Assembly (NCBI RefSeq): GCF_001194135.2
Contig: NC_068981.1
Location: 149,866,652-149,930,651 of the forward strand
Length of the DNA stretch: 64,000 bases
From: Octopus bimaculoides
Taxonomy: Eukaryota
Direction of reading: 5' to 3'
Shown: positions 1-11,394 of the stretch, in pieces
Layout: each line of letters starts with the position of its first letter
How positions within the stretch are numbered: position 1 is the stretch's first letter
Position numbers and translations under genes: made by a program
The notes under the pieces: generated by a model
Databases searched by the model: none
The model's input: the letters and a program-made list of their open reading frames with translations, nothing else
Told to the model about the DNA's origin: nothing

Positions 1-485
1 CTCTGGGATATGCCAATACACACAGATAGAGAAATTAAGGCAAATAGACCAGATATAGTTGTCAAAGATCATGAAGAAAAAAAATGCTTCCTAATTGATG
101 TATCAATCCAGCAGATGACAACGTCTCTCTAAAAGAAATGGAAAAACTTTCAAAATACAAAGACCTGGAAATAGAGGTAACTCGAATGTGGAATCTAAAA
201 ACAGAAACAATTCCTATTATAGTAGGTGCCTTAGGTGTAATAAAAAAATATTCAGACAAATACATAACAAAAACTCCAGGACTTACAAATATATATAACA
301 TACTGAAAATTGCACTACTGAGCATAGCACACATCCTACGCAAAACACTTTCAATACAGTAACCATAAGAGCATCACAGCAAACCACAGCACATACCCAA
401 GGCACACAGAGCTGCGCTCGGTGGTGAAGTGAAAGCACGTTATAAAAATAAAACTACTGAACAATAATAATAATAATAATAATAT
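1..485 (+). mobile_element. 3' end of an R4/Dong-like non-LTR retrotransposon (restriction-like endonuclease), frameshifted, with 3' UTR and (TAA)n tail
   Basis: Frame 1 from base 1 reads LWDMPIHTDREIKANRPDIVVKDHEEKKCFLIDVSI. A 1-nt deletion near 108 shifts it to frame 3, EMEKLSKYKDLEIEVTRMWNLKTETIPIIVGALGVI...AHILRKTLSIQ*. This matches the RPD...D...K-KY RLE motif of R2/R4-group elements. (AAT)n tail at about 463-483. Confidence 0.85.
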
Positions 486-489
486 CGAA

Positions 490-590
490 ACACCTTAGGT
501 ATGAGGACCCATATTCGAAATATCCTCAAGATACTCGATGAAGGCTGGAGGGTGTATCACCCGAAACAGTATATACAACAGTATATTGTT
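490..590 (+). mobile_element. Decayed Penelope-type terminal repeat fragment with a damaged hammerhead-like motif
   Basis: CTCGATGA (534-541), A, GGCTG...CACCC, GAAAC (563-567), GTA. The core has an extra base and the helices are damaged. Confidence 0.3.
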
Positions 591-1426
591 CCTTAACTTT
601 CCACAAAGACTCTCTATGGTATATGTTACTATAGGAACGACTGTTTAATTGACGCTATAAACATTATAACTGCTTAATAAAATATAGAAATGCGTAAAAA
701 GAAAGTAATTAGTATTAGTATTTGAGACTATATTTGAAGAATCGGTCAATAACACGACAATACCTGTTAATAACTGATGCAATCGATATCAGAATATGCA
801 CAAACAAATATGCCGCAAATGTTGTACACGAAGACGACGTGAGTTCAATGAGTAAACTTACCATAAAGAAATACAAAAACTAAAGCTGACTCATGCAAAA
901 TATATATGTTTGGATAACGTTTTTCCAGAAATATTAGAATTTTATACTCACGTGGCATAGAAACTTTTTATATGTACGAATCCTACTAGCTATATTGACA
1001 CTGTTTCTGAATCCTCAGTCCAGCCTTGCAGAAAGAAACGATTTTTTGATGATATCTGTATATTCACATAATTTTTCTCAGGCAACGAGCTTACATCAAA
1101 TATAATCACTTGAGAAAGAAATCTAAGTCGAACCTTTAAACTGCGTAGCGAGATCCCTATACTAGAATACTTTAGTTAAAATATAGGTAAATTTTAGAAG
1201 AAATATTAGGATCCGCGCTCCGAAAGATGTAAGACTGCTTCTAAGATATTATGGTATTTATTTGCACTTTGATGCTAATGTTCTTCAGAAAAATATTCAC
1301 CAAGATTCTGATGCCGGTTGAAATCAATTGTGTGATCAGATTTTCATAGTTCATCAAGCAATACATTATTCGGAATTTGTTTTTTCTAAATCCCTGTTAT
1401 ATATTAAATAACTAAGTACCATATGA

Positions 1427-1528
<102 letters not shown>

Positions 1529-1949
1529 CATGTATTTATAGTGGAAGCAAAGAGGAATTTTACTATTAGCTTGTTTCAATATACACTGATATATTATATA
1601 TGAATATCTATACGTCTTTTCTGTCAATATTAAGAAAATCAAATTATAAATCCTAATATTTCCATTTTATCTTGGAGTACAGAGTGGCATTTGAGAAAAA
1701 AATAATTTCAGGAATAACGTTCATTTTCAATTTGCTGGATATGAAAAGTAAGTGAAATGTACTTGCATAGCATTTTCTTATGAAAATCTTATATAAATAC
1801 TTAAATGTTACATTATTCTCTAGTGCATATTCTTGAATCTTTTAAGCAGTTAACTCAGCAAATTTTGAGGTGGAGGGATAGAAGACAGAAACGAAGCAAA
1901 ATTATAAAATTATACACACGTACACACACATAATATGCATGAGTGAATG

Positions 1950-1997
<48 letters not shown>

Positions 1998-3257
1998 GAT
2001 AGATAGATTACAAAGGGTCATTAAATTCTACAGTTATTCAAATAAATTATGTATCTCTCAATACAAGGCTATTTTTGTCATCATTTCTATCACATGATTT
2101 GTTAGCGAAATAGGAAGTACACATTTACAAGTTATCTAGTCTCTTTACTGCTGATATTTAACTGATGCTCTTGGTTAATGTTTAAACTTCAGAACGCAAA
2201 AGTGTAAAAAGGTGTTATGCACATAAATTATATCCACCGCTAATGCAAACAAGAATTGTATTTCCTTGTTTTAAAGCTGTTGTATTTGCTTAATAGCTTC
2301 TTTTATTTTATATTGTCAAGCTTGATTCGTTGCAGAATTGAGAAAATCCTCAATTGCAAAGTAATGAAATTAATACGGCTGTCACAGAATAGTTTGTTGG
2401 CGCCAATAGAATATTTATATAAGCGTGTCCTTCAAGGAATCACTCACTGTATTCCTGAAAAAGAAACGTGCTTATGATATAAAATATATAGTCGCCATAT
2501 AGACTCGGACGGCATTGCTATTTAAGTCTCCCTTTTTCTCTTCGTGTATTTGATTTGTGATCTAAAATTGCATATTCGTTGAACAAACCAATGTTAAAGG
2601 CCAACCAACAATATTTCTTATGAAAAGAATTGAACATTTTTTAATCGGTTCACATAAAGTAGAATATTTGTCGGAAAGATTTTTTTAAAAATAGAACCTT
2701 ATTTTTTTTCTTATGTGCCACAAACGATGATATGACATAAGTGTAATGAGACATAAACAGTCAAATAAGCATTGCTACTCATTTTCAAAGAGGCATAATC
2801 TCTGAAATTCAGATGGGATATTTAGTAATTATTGTAGGCGAAGAAATTATTCTAATATGAAGTAAATTGATTAACAAATTTCCCTAAAGTGTGTACTCAT
2901 CAAATATTTTAAATTCACATAAATTATCAATTCAACAGAGGCATATATTTATTAGATTACAAGTTAATATTCATCGAACTATCTTAATACATAGAAATAT
3001 TATAGTCAAGAATAGTATCTAACAATCTTGCATATGAATAAGGTCAATTTTCACTTCAATACTGAACAATATCTCGTATAATGATTTACGGAATAGAAGG
3101 GTGAATTATAAATATTTACACACACACACCCACACACACACACACACACACATACACACACACACCCACACACACAAACACGCGCGCGTACGCACACACT
3201 CACAGATTATGTATGTATGCATGTAGATATCTATCTATCTATCTATTTATCTATCAC

Positions 3258-3288
<31 letters not shown>

Positions 3289-3290
3289 TT

Positions 3291-3759
3291 CTTTTACTAT
3301 TTTGCTCTTTTGCTTCTTTCAGTCATTTGACTGCGGCCATGCTGGGCCACCGCCTTTTAGTCGAGCAAATCGACCCAGGGACGTATTTTTTATAAGCCTA
3401 GTACTGATTCTATCGGTCTCTTTTTGCCGAACCGCTAGATTACGGAGACGTAAACACACCGGCCTCGGTTGTCAAGCGAAGTTCAGGGGACAAACACAGA
3501 CAAACAAACATATACACACATACATATATATATATACATATATATGAAGGGCTTCTTTCAGTTTCCGTCTACCAAATCCACTCACAAGGCTTTCGTCGGC
3601 CCGAGGCTATAGTAGAAGACACTTGCCCAAGGTGCCACGCAGNNNNNNNNNNCGAGGCTATAGTAGAAGACACTTGCCCAAGGTGCCACGCAGTGGGACT
3701 GAACCCAGAACGATGTGGTTGGTAAGCAAGCTACTTACCACACAGCCACTCCTGCGCCT
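3291..3759 (-). mobile_element. Composite tRNA-derived SINE: head 3759-3546, internal CA/TA simple repeat, tail module about 3500-3291
   Basis: Minus strand begins AGGCGCAGGAGTGGCTGTGTGGTAAG (A box) ... GGGTTCAGTCCC (B box) and ends ...CCAGCATGGCCGCAGTCAAATGACTGAAAGAAGCAAAAG. A second copy is at 51168-51424. Confidence 0.85.
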
Positions 3760-3761
3760 AC

Positions 3762-3795
<34 letters not shown>

Positions 3796-3849
3796 CGTAA
3801 ATAATATATAAATATATGCATATATCCATACATATATGTACATACCCGT

Positions 3850-4228
3850 GGAGGCGCAATGGCCCAGTGGTTAGGGCAGCGGACTCGCGGTCATAGGATC
3901 GCAGTTTCGATTCCCAGACCGGGCGTTGTGAGTGTTTATTGAGCGAAAACACCTAAAGCTCCACGAGGATCCGGCAGGGGATGGTGGCGAACCCTGCTGT
4001 ACTCTTTCACCACAACTTTCTCTCACTCTTACTTCCTGTTTCTGTTGTGCCTGTAATTCAAAGGGTCAGCCTTGTCACACTGTGTCACGCTGAATCTCCC
4101 CGAGAACTACGTTAAGGGTACACGTGTCTGTGGAGTGCTCAGCCACTTGCACGTTAATTTCACGAGCAGGTTGTTCCGTTGATCGGATCAACTGGAACCC
4201 TCGACGTCGTAAGCGACGGTGTGCCAAC
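3850..4228 (+). mobile_element. tRNA-derived SINE, octopus OR1/OR2-like
   Basis: Head GGAGGCGCAATGGCCCAGTGGTTAGGGCAGCGGACTCGCGG...GTTTCGATTCCC carries A and B boxes. The 3' half (about 4060-4220) is shared with the element at 11395-11692. The family name is from recall. Confidence 0.8.
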
Positions 4229-4439
4229 ATGTACATACCTACATCTATATGTATATATACATGCATATATGGGTACAGGACATCACAAACAACGTTAAAC
4301 ACAATGAGAAACGAAGACAGAAAACGAACTTTTTTGAACAACCAACAAAAAACAGAGAGAAACGAGACTTGCAGCATAAAGAATATTTCCCTTCTTCAGT
4401 TGTCCCTGCTCCATCTATTCCGCGTCACGCTACAAGACC

Positions 4440-4770
4440 CCTTTGAATAAACAGCACATAGAATTAATGTCCCCACACTATCCATCTGCAATAACATAGT
4501 ATGAATTCCTATCAGAATTTACATACCACGGACAAGAAGGCTTTCTACCCATTCTACACTCCAATTTTTTTTATATAAAGGAACTGCAAATGTAACATCC
4601 AACATACATTTTTATTTTTATTCTCTTATTTCTATTTATACTACCTATATCTTTCCTTTTCCAAAATAACTTCTTATACTGAGCTCTACTATTTCCCTCT
4701 ATTTAACTCTCTCATAGTCTCTGAGGAAGAGATATCACTCAAATTCTTGAAACAGCTGTAAGACTACTTT
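4440..4770 (+). mobile_element. Probable 3' terminal remnant of a Penelope-like element
   Basis: Decayed frame NSYQNLHTTDKKAFYPFYTPIFFYIKELQM* resembles PLE C-termini (F-PFY...KE). It is followed by a T-rich UTR and a hammerhead motif. Confidence 0.45.
4715..4766 (+). ncRNA. Type I minimal hammerhead ribozyme motif (extra A after A9)
   Basis: TAGTCT / CTGAGGA / A / GAGA..TCTT / GAAA / CAGCTG / TA / AGACTA. Helix I is 6 bp, helix III is a palindrome, and the cleavage triplet is GUA. Confidence 0.75.
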
Positions 4771-5206
4771 TCTCTTTATAAATGTCCTAGAAAGTTTACA
4801 CTGATATGGCTTTGTCGTCTAATTTTATTTAACACACACACTCGCGCGCGCACACACAAACACACGCGCGCGCACACACAAACACACACGCGCACACACA
4901 ATTATACTCATTTGTTTTGAAGTTTGTGTTCCGTTGTATTAAATATACTCATCCACACCTGCTATGGAAAATGGAGGCTAATGCAGAATCGCACCTCTAC
5001 TTGAAAGTTGTATTCTTTTTAAAGAAACTTTTTTTCGGATTCCTACGTTTTAGATGTCAGAGAGTACGAATGTGCAAAAAAAAGAAAAATAATTTCACCC
5101 TCCCCCTCCAAAATTTAAAATTTTGATTTTGTTTACTTTGAAGAGATCGTAGCGAATTGACGAACATATGCAAATCGAAATTAAATGCAAAGATATTAAA
5201 ATGAAA

Positions 5207-5581
5207 NNNNNNNNNNNNNNNNNNNNNNNNNNNNNNNNNNNNNNNNNNNNNNNNNNNNNNNNNNNNNNNNNNNNNNNNNNNNNNNNNNNNNNNNNNNNNN
5301 NNNNNNNNNNNNNNNNNNNNNNNNNNNNNNNNNNNNNNNNNNNNNNNNNNNNNNNNNNNNNNNNNNNNNNNNNNNNNNNNNNNNNNNNNNNNNNNNNNNN
5401 NNNNNNNNNNNNNNNNNNNNNNNNNNNNNNNNNNNNNNNNNNNNNNNNNNNNNNNNNNNNNNNNNNNNNNNNNNNNNNNNNNNNNNNNNNNNNNNNNNNN
5501 NNNNNNNNNNNNNNNNNNNNNNNNNNNNNNNNNNNNNNNNNNNNNNNNNNNNNNNNNNNNNNNNNNNNNNNNNNNNNNNNN
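5207..5581. other. Assembly gap (N run). Other gaps: 3643-3652, 10284-10293, 10982-11178, 17136-17463, 18646-19507, 55615-55794
   Basis: N characters in the sequence; most gaps abut simple repeats. Confidence 0.99.
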
Positions 5582-5634
5582 CTAAATGTGGCGGTCCTAT
5601 AGAAGACGGTGTTTTTAGCATCAGGAAGACATTC

Positions 5635-5635
<1 letters not shown>

Positions 5636-5705
<70 letters not shown>
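5636..5705. repeat. (TATC)n microsatellite
   Basis: About 17 TATC units. Confidence 0.97.
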
Positions 5706-5706
<1 letters not shown>

Positions 5707-5929
5707 ACACATATCTATATACTTATGAATTTAAAATTTTAAAAAAGTGGTTTTTTGTATATTCGGAATCCCCGTCATCTACAACATAGGAAAAAAAATT
5801 CGGAAAAAGTTCGGAAATTTAAACTGGAATGAATGGGGTTGGGGTGAAATAAAAAAAAAACATATTCGTAATATTCGACATGCGGAATTTTTTTTTAAAG
5901 CATTTTTCCAGGAGAGGTCTGACTCTGCA

Positions 5930-6480
5930 TTAGCCCTGAAAAATGAATCACATAGAAGGCAACGGTTAGGCAGAGAGAAACAAAAGCGAAGAACAGCCAG
6001 TTTCACTCAGGAAGAACTGGACCCAAGAGGATTAATCAATACATTAAGGTTATTAAATCAATCATAAGAAGTGAGACGAGCGCAAGAAGACAGGCTCGAA
6101 GACGTCAAAATGAAAAGGAGCATCTAATTGCACAAAAGAGAGATGTCTAAAAAGAGAGAGCAGCACCAAAGCGCCAAGATAAAACAGAAGTGCAAGCAGC
6201 AGTGAGGAGAGAATATCTAAGAACGAGAGCATCGCAAAGGTGAGAAGATAAAACGGAAGAGGAAGCAGCACAAAGCAATCGAAAAAGAGAGAACATCGAA
6301 AAGAATGTAGATATAATGGTTAATATTGAAACGGACCATCCAAAACAAGGCGAGGGTTTTCACTACAGATAAAACGCAGTCATAAGATATGGTACCATAT
6401 GTGCAGAAAGCAGTGATTTAGCAAATGACAACTTTGTCATTCCCCCTATCGAATAAGGAAAATTTTGTGTAACTATTTTG
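5930..6480 (+). mobile_element. Possible decayed Helitron N-terminal coding remnant
   Basis: Purine-rich, R/E/Q-rich frames (KNESHRRQRLGREKQKRR; SETSARRQARRRQNEKEH) followed by GFHY..GTIC..VIPP, loosely like Helitron RepHel N-termini. No termini found. Confidence 0.25.
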
Positions 6481-6607
6481 TTGTTTACAAGATCCATTAT
6501 AAAATACAAAGAAAATCATATAAATGTTAATGCATTTGAGCCATTCAATGTGAATGCTTCCTCTTTGCATTTGCCTTCTTTACGGGATAGAAGAATGAGT
6601 TGTGTGA

Positions 6608-6645
<38 letters not shown>

Positions 6646-6764
6646 CTGTATGTATGTATGTATACCAGAAAAAGCACATAAATGTAAAATAAGGTGGCAT
6701 AAATAGTACTCGAATACTATAGTTAGAGTAATATGATTTATTAGTAAAGCTGCAAAGACATCGC

Positions 6765-6810
6765 AAAAATGTTACTCAGAGTTTCGCGTTCCCGTTCGTC
6801 GGATAGTTTT
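6765..6810 (-). ncRNA. Decayed hammerhead-like motif (U4C core variant)
   Basis: Minus strand: AAAACTAT / CCGACGA / ACG-GGAA-CGC / GAAA / CTCTGAG / TA / ACATTTTT. There are two mismatches in helix I and one in helix II. Confidence 0.5.
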
Positions 6811-7904
6811 GGTTTAGAACGGAACAAATTACAGTTGTATGCACAAATATACAATTACTTTGATAGATACTCATTTGAAAATGGTTATTACATTGGTCCT
6901 TTCAACTAACGGTCTTGTCAATAGCCGGTTATATGAAATAACAATTGCGATCTAAAATCGCATTATTATAAAAAGCGAAGAAAACCTTAAATAAAAAAAC
7001 TAGCCTTTGTAGAAGGAAAAATGTGTATACCCAGAGTAAATTAATTCATGTTAAAAAATAATAAATTTAAATAAGTTAAAAAGATATATCCGTTTAAAAT
7101 AAAAACATTTGCAAAAGACTCACATCATAAAAATACATATACATTTAGTAATATATCCGCATACAAAAAAACTATATATACACCAAACATACAAACATTG
7201 GTACATGCCTACACACATATACAAACAAATACAGGCAAAGCATAAATATATACAAATGCATACATAGGTTTCCACGTACACATATATACGCACATAATAC
7301 TTCTCCGTGTGTGTTTCAAATATACAACCTAGTTGTTACAAGCTAAGGAAAGAGAACGATAAGAAAATCAAAGAATAATAAGTGGTGGGAGAAGGGAAAA
7401 GAAGAAAAGGAGTGGTGAAAGAAAAAAAAGAAAGAAATTTACAAAGAGAAAGAGAAAATAGGTAGATAGAGAGACTGAAATAATATGGAAGTTGGCGTTC
7501 CGTAAAAGTATCTAACATATAAAATGACATGCATATCTACATAAATACATATATATATGCAAAAGTAACACACATGTAGAAACTCATACAAATATACAAA
7601 TAAGCATATACGTAGATGCGTAATCTTCAAGTTTAGGGGGGTAAAATAATAAATAAAAATATTTAATGGAAGTAACTGAACATCTTGCCAGTATTCTCCG
7701 TACTACTCTGTTTATAAATAAATCACACACGTGATTTGATTGACGTTAACTGTTTATATATTAATCACACACGTGATTGAATATCATAGTTTCTTATGAG
7801 AAATCGAAAATGCCTCGTGGAAGACCGGCTGCACAACATCTTATTGTTGCTGAAAACGAAATCCTCAATCCCATGCGTTAGCGATTCTACTTATCCATTA
7901 TTCA

Positions 7905-8060
7905 CGAATAATAATGTTGCCTGGCAATCAATTTTGAGCAGGATGTAGTCGGTAGCGCATTAACTCCAATATTTTATCATCTCCGAGGATGTATGAAATG
8001 CAAGGTTAATCTAGGCCAGATTTGAAATCCGATCGTAAAGAACCGTAATAAATACCCGAA
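7905..8060 (-). mobile_element. Highly decayed SINE of the family at 23951-24175
   Basis: Residual reverse-complement core motifs (GGATGTATGAAATGCAAGGTTAATCTAGGCCAGATTTGAA). Confidence 0.4.
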
Positions 8061-8200
8061 CATATTGAAATACGCAATACTCAGAGGATCTTAAGAAAAT
8101 TTTAATGTGTCCTTCATATCAACATATGACTGGCATTATCTTAAGAAAAAAGTTTTAACATCAAATATTCAATTATTTACTACGCCTATGTGGGCACAAT

Positions 8201-8420
8201 CTAGATGTTAAGCACTTCAGCACTAGCAAAATGTTTTAGATCTTTTGGGTTTGCTGCTGATAATTCATGAAAGTAGAGTCTGGTATCCAGGTAATTAAAT
8301 ACCTCATTGTAAATGGCCTTATTGAATGTGGCAATTTCCGCTGAGATATGTATTGAATTTTTTGTAGTATGTTCTCTGCTATGCTGGTTTTGTGGGTCGC
8401 CCAAAGTCAACCCAAGCTAC
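8201..8420 (-). mobile_element. Inverted Penelope-like RT thumb fragment
   Basis: Minus frames HKTSIAENILQKIQYIS and ISAEIATFNKAIYNEVFNYLDTRLYF resemble the PLE motif HPPSI..IP..I..RIS..S....FNKA.PIYNEAL..SGY. Confidence 0.4.
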
Positions 8421-8639
8421 ATGTAATCGACATAATAGAAAATAGCTGGCGTAGTTGAATTAGTGCTCTGCTGACGGCTGCCTCCTCCAGTGAGCATCGT
8501 CCTCCAGTAGTCCGTGTTTGGCGCAGGTTTCTCTGTAGGTCGTACAGATTTCCCCATTGTGTCTTGGAAGGTCTGACAGTGTGCAGCAGAAGACGCAGAA
8601 AGAAGCGCCATAAATTCACAGGAATAACAAACAACAACG

Positions 8640-10128
8640 AAAGCTTCTATAGTAGGAAAAACAACAAAAAATAAACAAAATAGCGATATCTGACTAGTAA
8701 TCCCCTAAACCATGCACCTCAAATCAAATATCGTTCGCTCATTAATGAAAATAATAGACAAAAACCTAAACGTTAATAATAAATACGCAGAATTATTTAG
8801 GAATAAAATCAGAATAGGCCGCTGTCTGACTAATAACTTAGCCACAATAAGAGCCTCAATGAATAATAAAAAAATTGACAAATTCTATGAAACTAGAAAG
8901 ATTGTGAACAATAAAAATAATAACCGGCCAACCAACTAATAGGACTAAGCCCCCCCCCCACTAACGCGGCGCCTCCTGCTAACTTAAGTACAGACCTGAA
9001 TAATAATCTCCCACCGTTTAATACAACACGGACAAAGATATACCTAATTAGTTATGCGGCTGTAGGGATAGAAAAAGTGAAATTTCTCAAATAGATGCAA
9101 GACAAATAACGTAGTTTACCAATGTGACATCCACACAAATAATCGGACGAAATCATACATAGGCACCGCTAAGAACCAAATGATTCTTAGATATAATGCA
9201 CATAACTCATCAGGGCTAAGTACATACGTACGGAAACTTAAGGATAAAAAAATAGGTTATATTTTAAACTAGGGTATACTCACAAAAACAACCTCCTACA
9301 ACACCACAAATAGACGCTGCGATCTTTGTCTATCAGAACGCCAAGCTATACTTACGGCTAAACAACCCCTTCTGAACAGAAAATTTAGAGAACAATACTT
9401 TTTGTCTTCCTGTGGGCCTTGATGTATTTTCAAAATACTGGTAGAATAGCCACTTTTGTCTTCATCCAGGCCTCTATGCCTTTCATAATCCCAAACTTGA
9501 ATACTCGTCTATATAAGTCTAATTAAGTGGGAAACACCTTAAATACTTACACACAAATAGTCACCCCGCAAACCCACTCGTCTCCCACATTCCATAATAA
9601 TACACTGTGCACATACATAGGGCCCCTTCTAGCAATAAGAACTTCTTAAAACCTAGCAATAAGATAATTATTAGCCATACTACATTTTTAACCACCCCAT
9701 CTAGTCCGATAAAAATGTGGTAGGAGTTAGCTCCCTTTTCCCCCTGTTAGAGTTACCCCCTTCACCTACACCGCCGGTGATAACCCACTTCAGAATCTAA
9801 GCAAATTTATATTTGTTTATATATTGCGAAAAAATACGCTTAATCAAATATGCGAAAACAATGTGCTTAATGAAACTAGGAGCCCCACACTTAAATAATA
9901 CTCACCCCACCCCAATTACCCAACGAAATAAACCAGTCTAACACAATCAAACCTCTACACAGCGAATTTACCAGCGCAAGAACACAATTCAATGTAAGAC
10001 TTCCTACCTTTGTTTATATTACCATCACATATGTATCAATTATTTTCGCATCCTGACAGATGCATCTATCTATATTCGCATTCTGAAGAGATTTACTTAA
10101 ACCAGTAAATCGAAACGATCGTAAATGC
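8640..10128 (+). mobile_element. Penelope-like element, 5'-truncated: RT-EN linker, GIY-YIG endonuclease, 3' UTR, terminal hammerhead
   Basis: DI*LVIP*TMHLKSNIVRSLMKIIDKNL...IASMNNKKI (8690-8939) matches the IWFNPP..KTNIG..FL.LI.KHF linker. CGCR at about 9056. CKTNNVVYQCDI..KSYIGTAK..RYNAH..LSTYVRKLK..N*GIL..RCDLCLSERQAIL..LLNRK (9096-9385) is a GIY-YIG domain with PLE-type Cys/His residues. Confidence 0.85.
10078..10128 (+). ncRNA. Intact type I minimal hammerhead ribozyme
   Basis: GCATT / CTGAAGA / GATTTACT-TAAACC-AGTAAATC / GAAA / CGATCG / TA / AATGC. All core nucleotides are present, helix II has 8 bp, helix I has 5 bp, and helix III is palindromic. Predicted cleavage after A10123. Confidence 0.92.
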
Positions 10129-10230
10129 TACCTTCATCTCTGCTTCCTGCTTCTTTGTTATCTAATTAAATTAAAGACATGTCAGCGAAAACCACGAGTT
10201 TCCTCTTGCTATTACATCCATGTTCTTTTC

Positions 10231-10283
<53 letters not shown>

Positions 10284-10293
10284 NNNNNNNNNN

Positions 10294-10337
<44 letters not shown>

Positions 10338-11189
10338 TACATACGTATATGTATATATACATACTTATATGTATATATGTATGCATACATATATATAAAT
10401 GCATGTATATATGTATACACACGCATATATGTATGTGTGTGTGCGTGTGTAGTATTGAACAAACGTATAGCAAACTACATTTACATACCCCTAGTTCTAT
10501 TTCACTTTACTATATCTGAGATTCCTGAGATTGCCTAATAATATCGATTTGGGATTGATTTGTAATTTGTATAAGTAGAGGAACATACATTTTCTGTAGT
10601 GTAGCGTAACTTTCCTCAGTTCCTGTTAGAACAGTTAGCATACTTGCGAATAGTTTGTATAATTATACATTTAATTTACATTATGGAAATGAATAATGAA
10701 AAATCTAATCTTATACAGAAACCAAGGGACTTTCTGTGTTCCTATATTTATCATGAGCTATCTTTTGGCCAAAGTTGTTAACGCAAACTTAATGTCATGT
10801 ACATAAGTAATATAATTTCTACTAGGAATGCACTGCAGTCTATTAAAGCATTCCTTGAAATACTTTTAATATATATATGTGTGAATAATATCAACATGAG
10901 AAGACGCTTACGTAAAATTTCAAAATGCGGAAACTTGACTGTAATGTAAATGTATATATATATATATATCTATATCTATATNNNNNNNNNNNNNNNNNNN
11001 NNNNNNNNNNNNNNNNNNNNNNNNNNNNNNNNNNNNNNNNNNNNNNNNNNNNNNNNNNNNNNNNNNNNNNNNNNNNNNNNNNNNNNNNNNNNNNNNNNNN
11101 NNNNNNNNNNNNNNNNNNNNNNNNNNNNNNNNNNNNNNNNNNNNNNNNNNNNNNNNNNNNNNNNNNNNNNNNNNNNNNATATAATCATT

Positions 11190-11368
11190 TCTAATATAGG
11201 CACAAAACCAGAAATTTCTGGGAAGTAGTCGATGACATCGACCCCAGTGCTTCACTGGTACTTAATTTATTGGTCCAGAAAGGATGAAAGGCAAAGTCGA
11301 CCTCGGCGGAATTTGAACTCAGAACGTAGCGGTAGACGAAATGCCGCTAAGCATTTTACTCGGTGTGC
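11190..11368 (-). mobile_element. tRNA-derived SINE with Meta-domain-like core
   Basis: Minus strand: TTCTGAGTTCAAATTCCGCCGAGGTCGACTTTGCCTTTCATCCTTTC..ATAAATTAAGTACCAGT..TGGGGTCGAT. The Meta assignment is from recall. Confidence 0.8.
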
Positions 11369-11394
11369 ATATATATATGTATAATACCATTTGT

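Noticed and set aside
990-1025. Minus-strand CTGAGGA-TTCA-GAAAC-AGT-GTC hammerhead-like core
   Set aside because: No helix II can form and helix I is not complementary next to the core; probably chance.
3601-3693. 41-bp direct duplication inside the SINE
   Set aside because: The two copies flank a 10-N gap; this is most likely an overlapping contig-end artefact.
4340-4430. Minus-strand CTGAAGAAGGG in a repeat-like segment
   Set aside because: No GAAA box at a usable position and no helix I.
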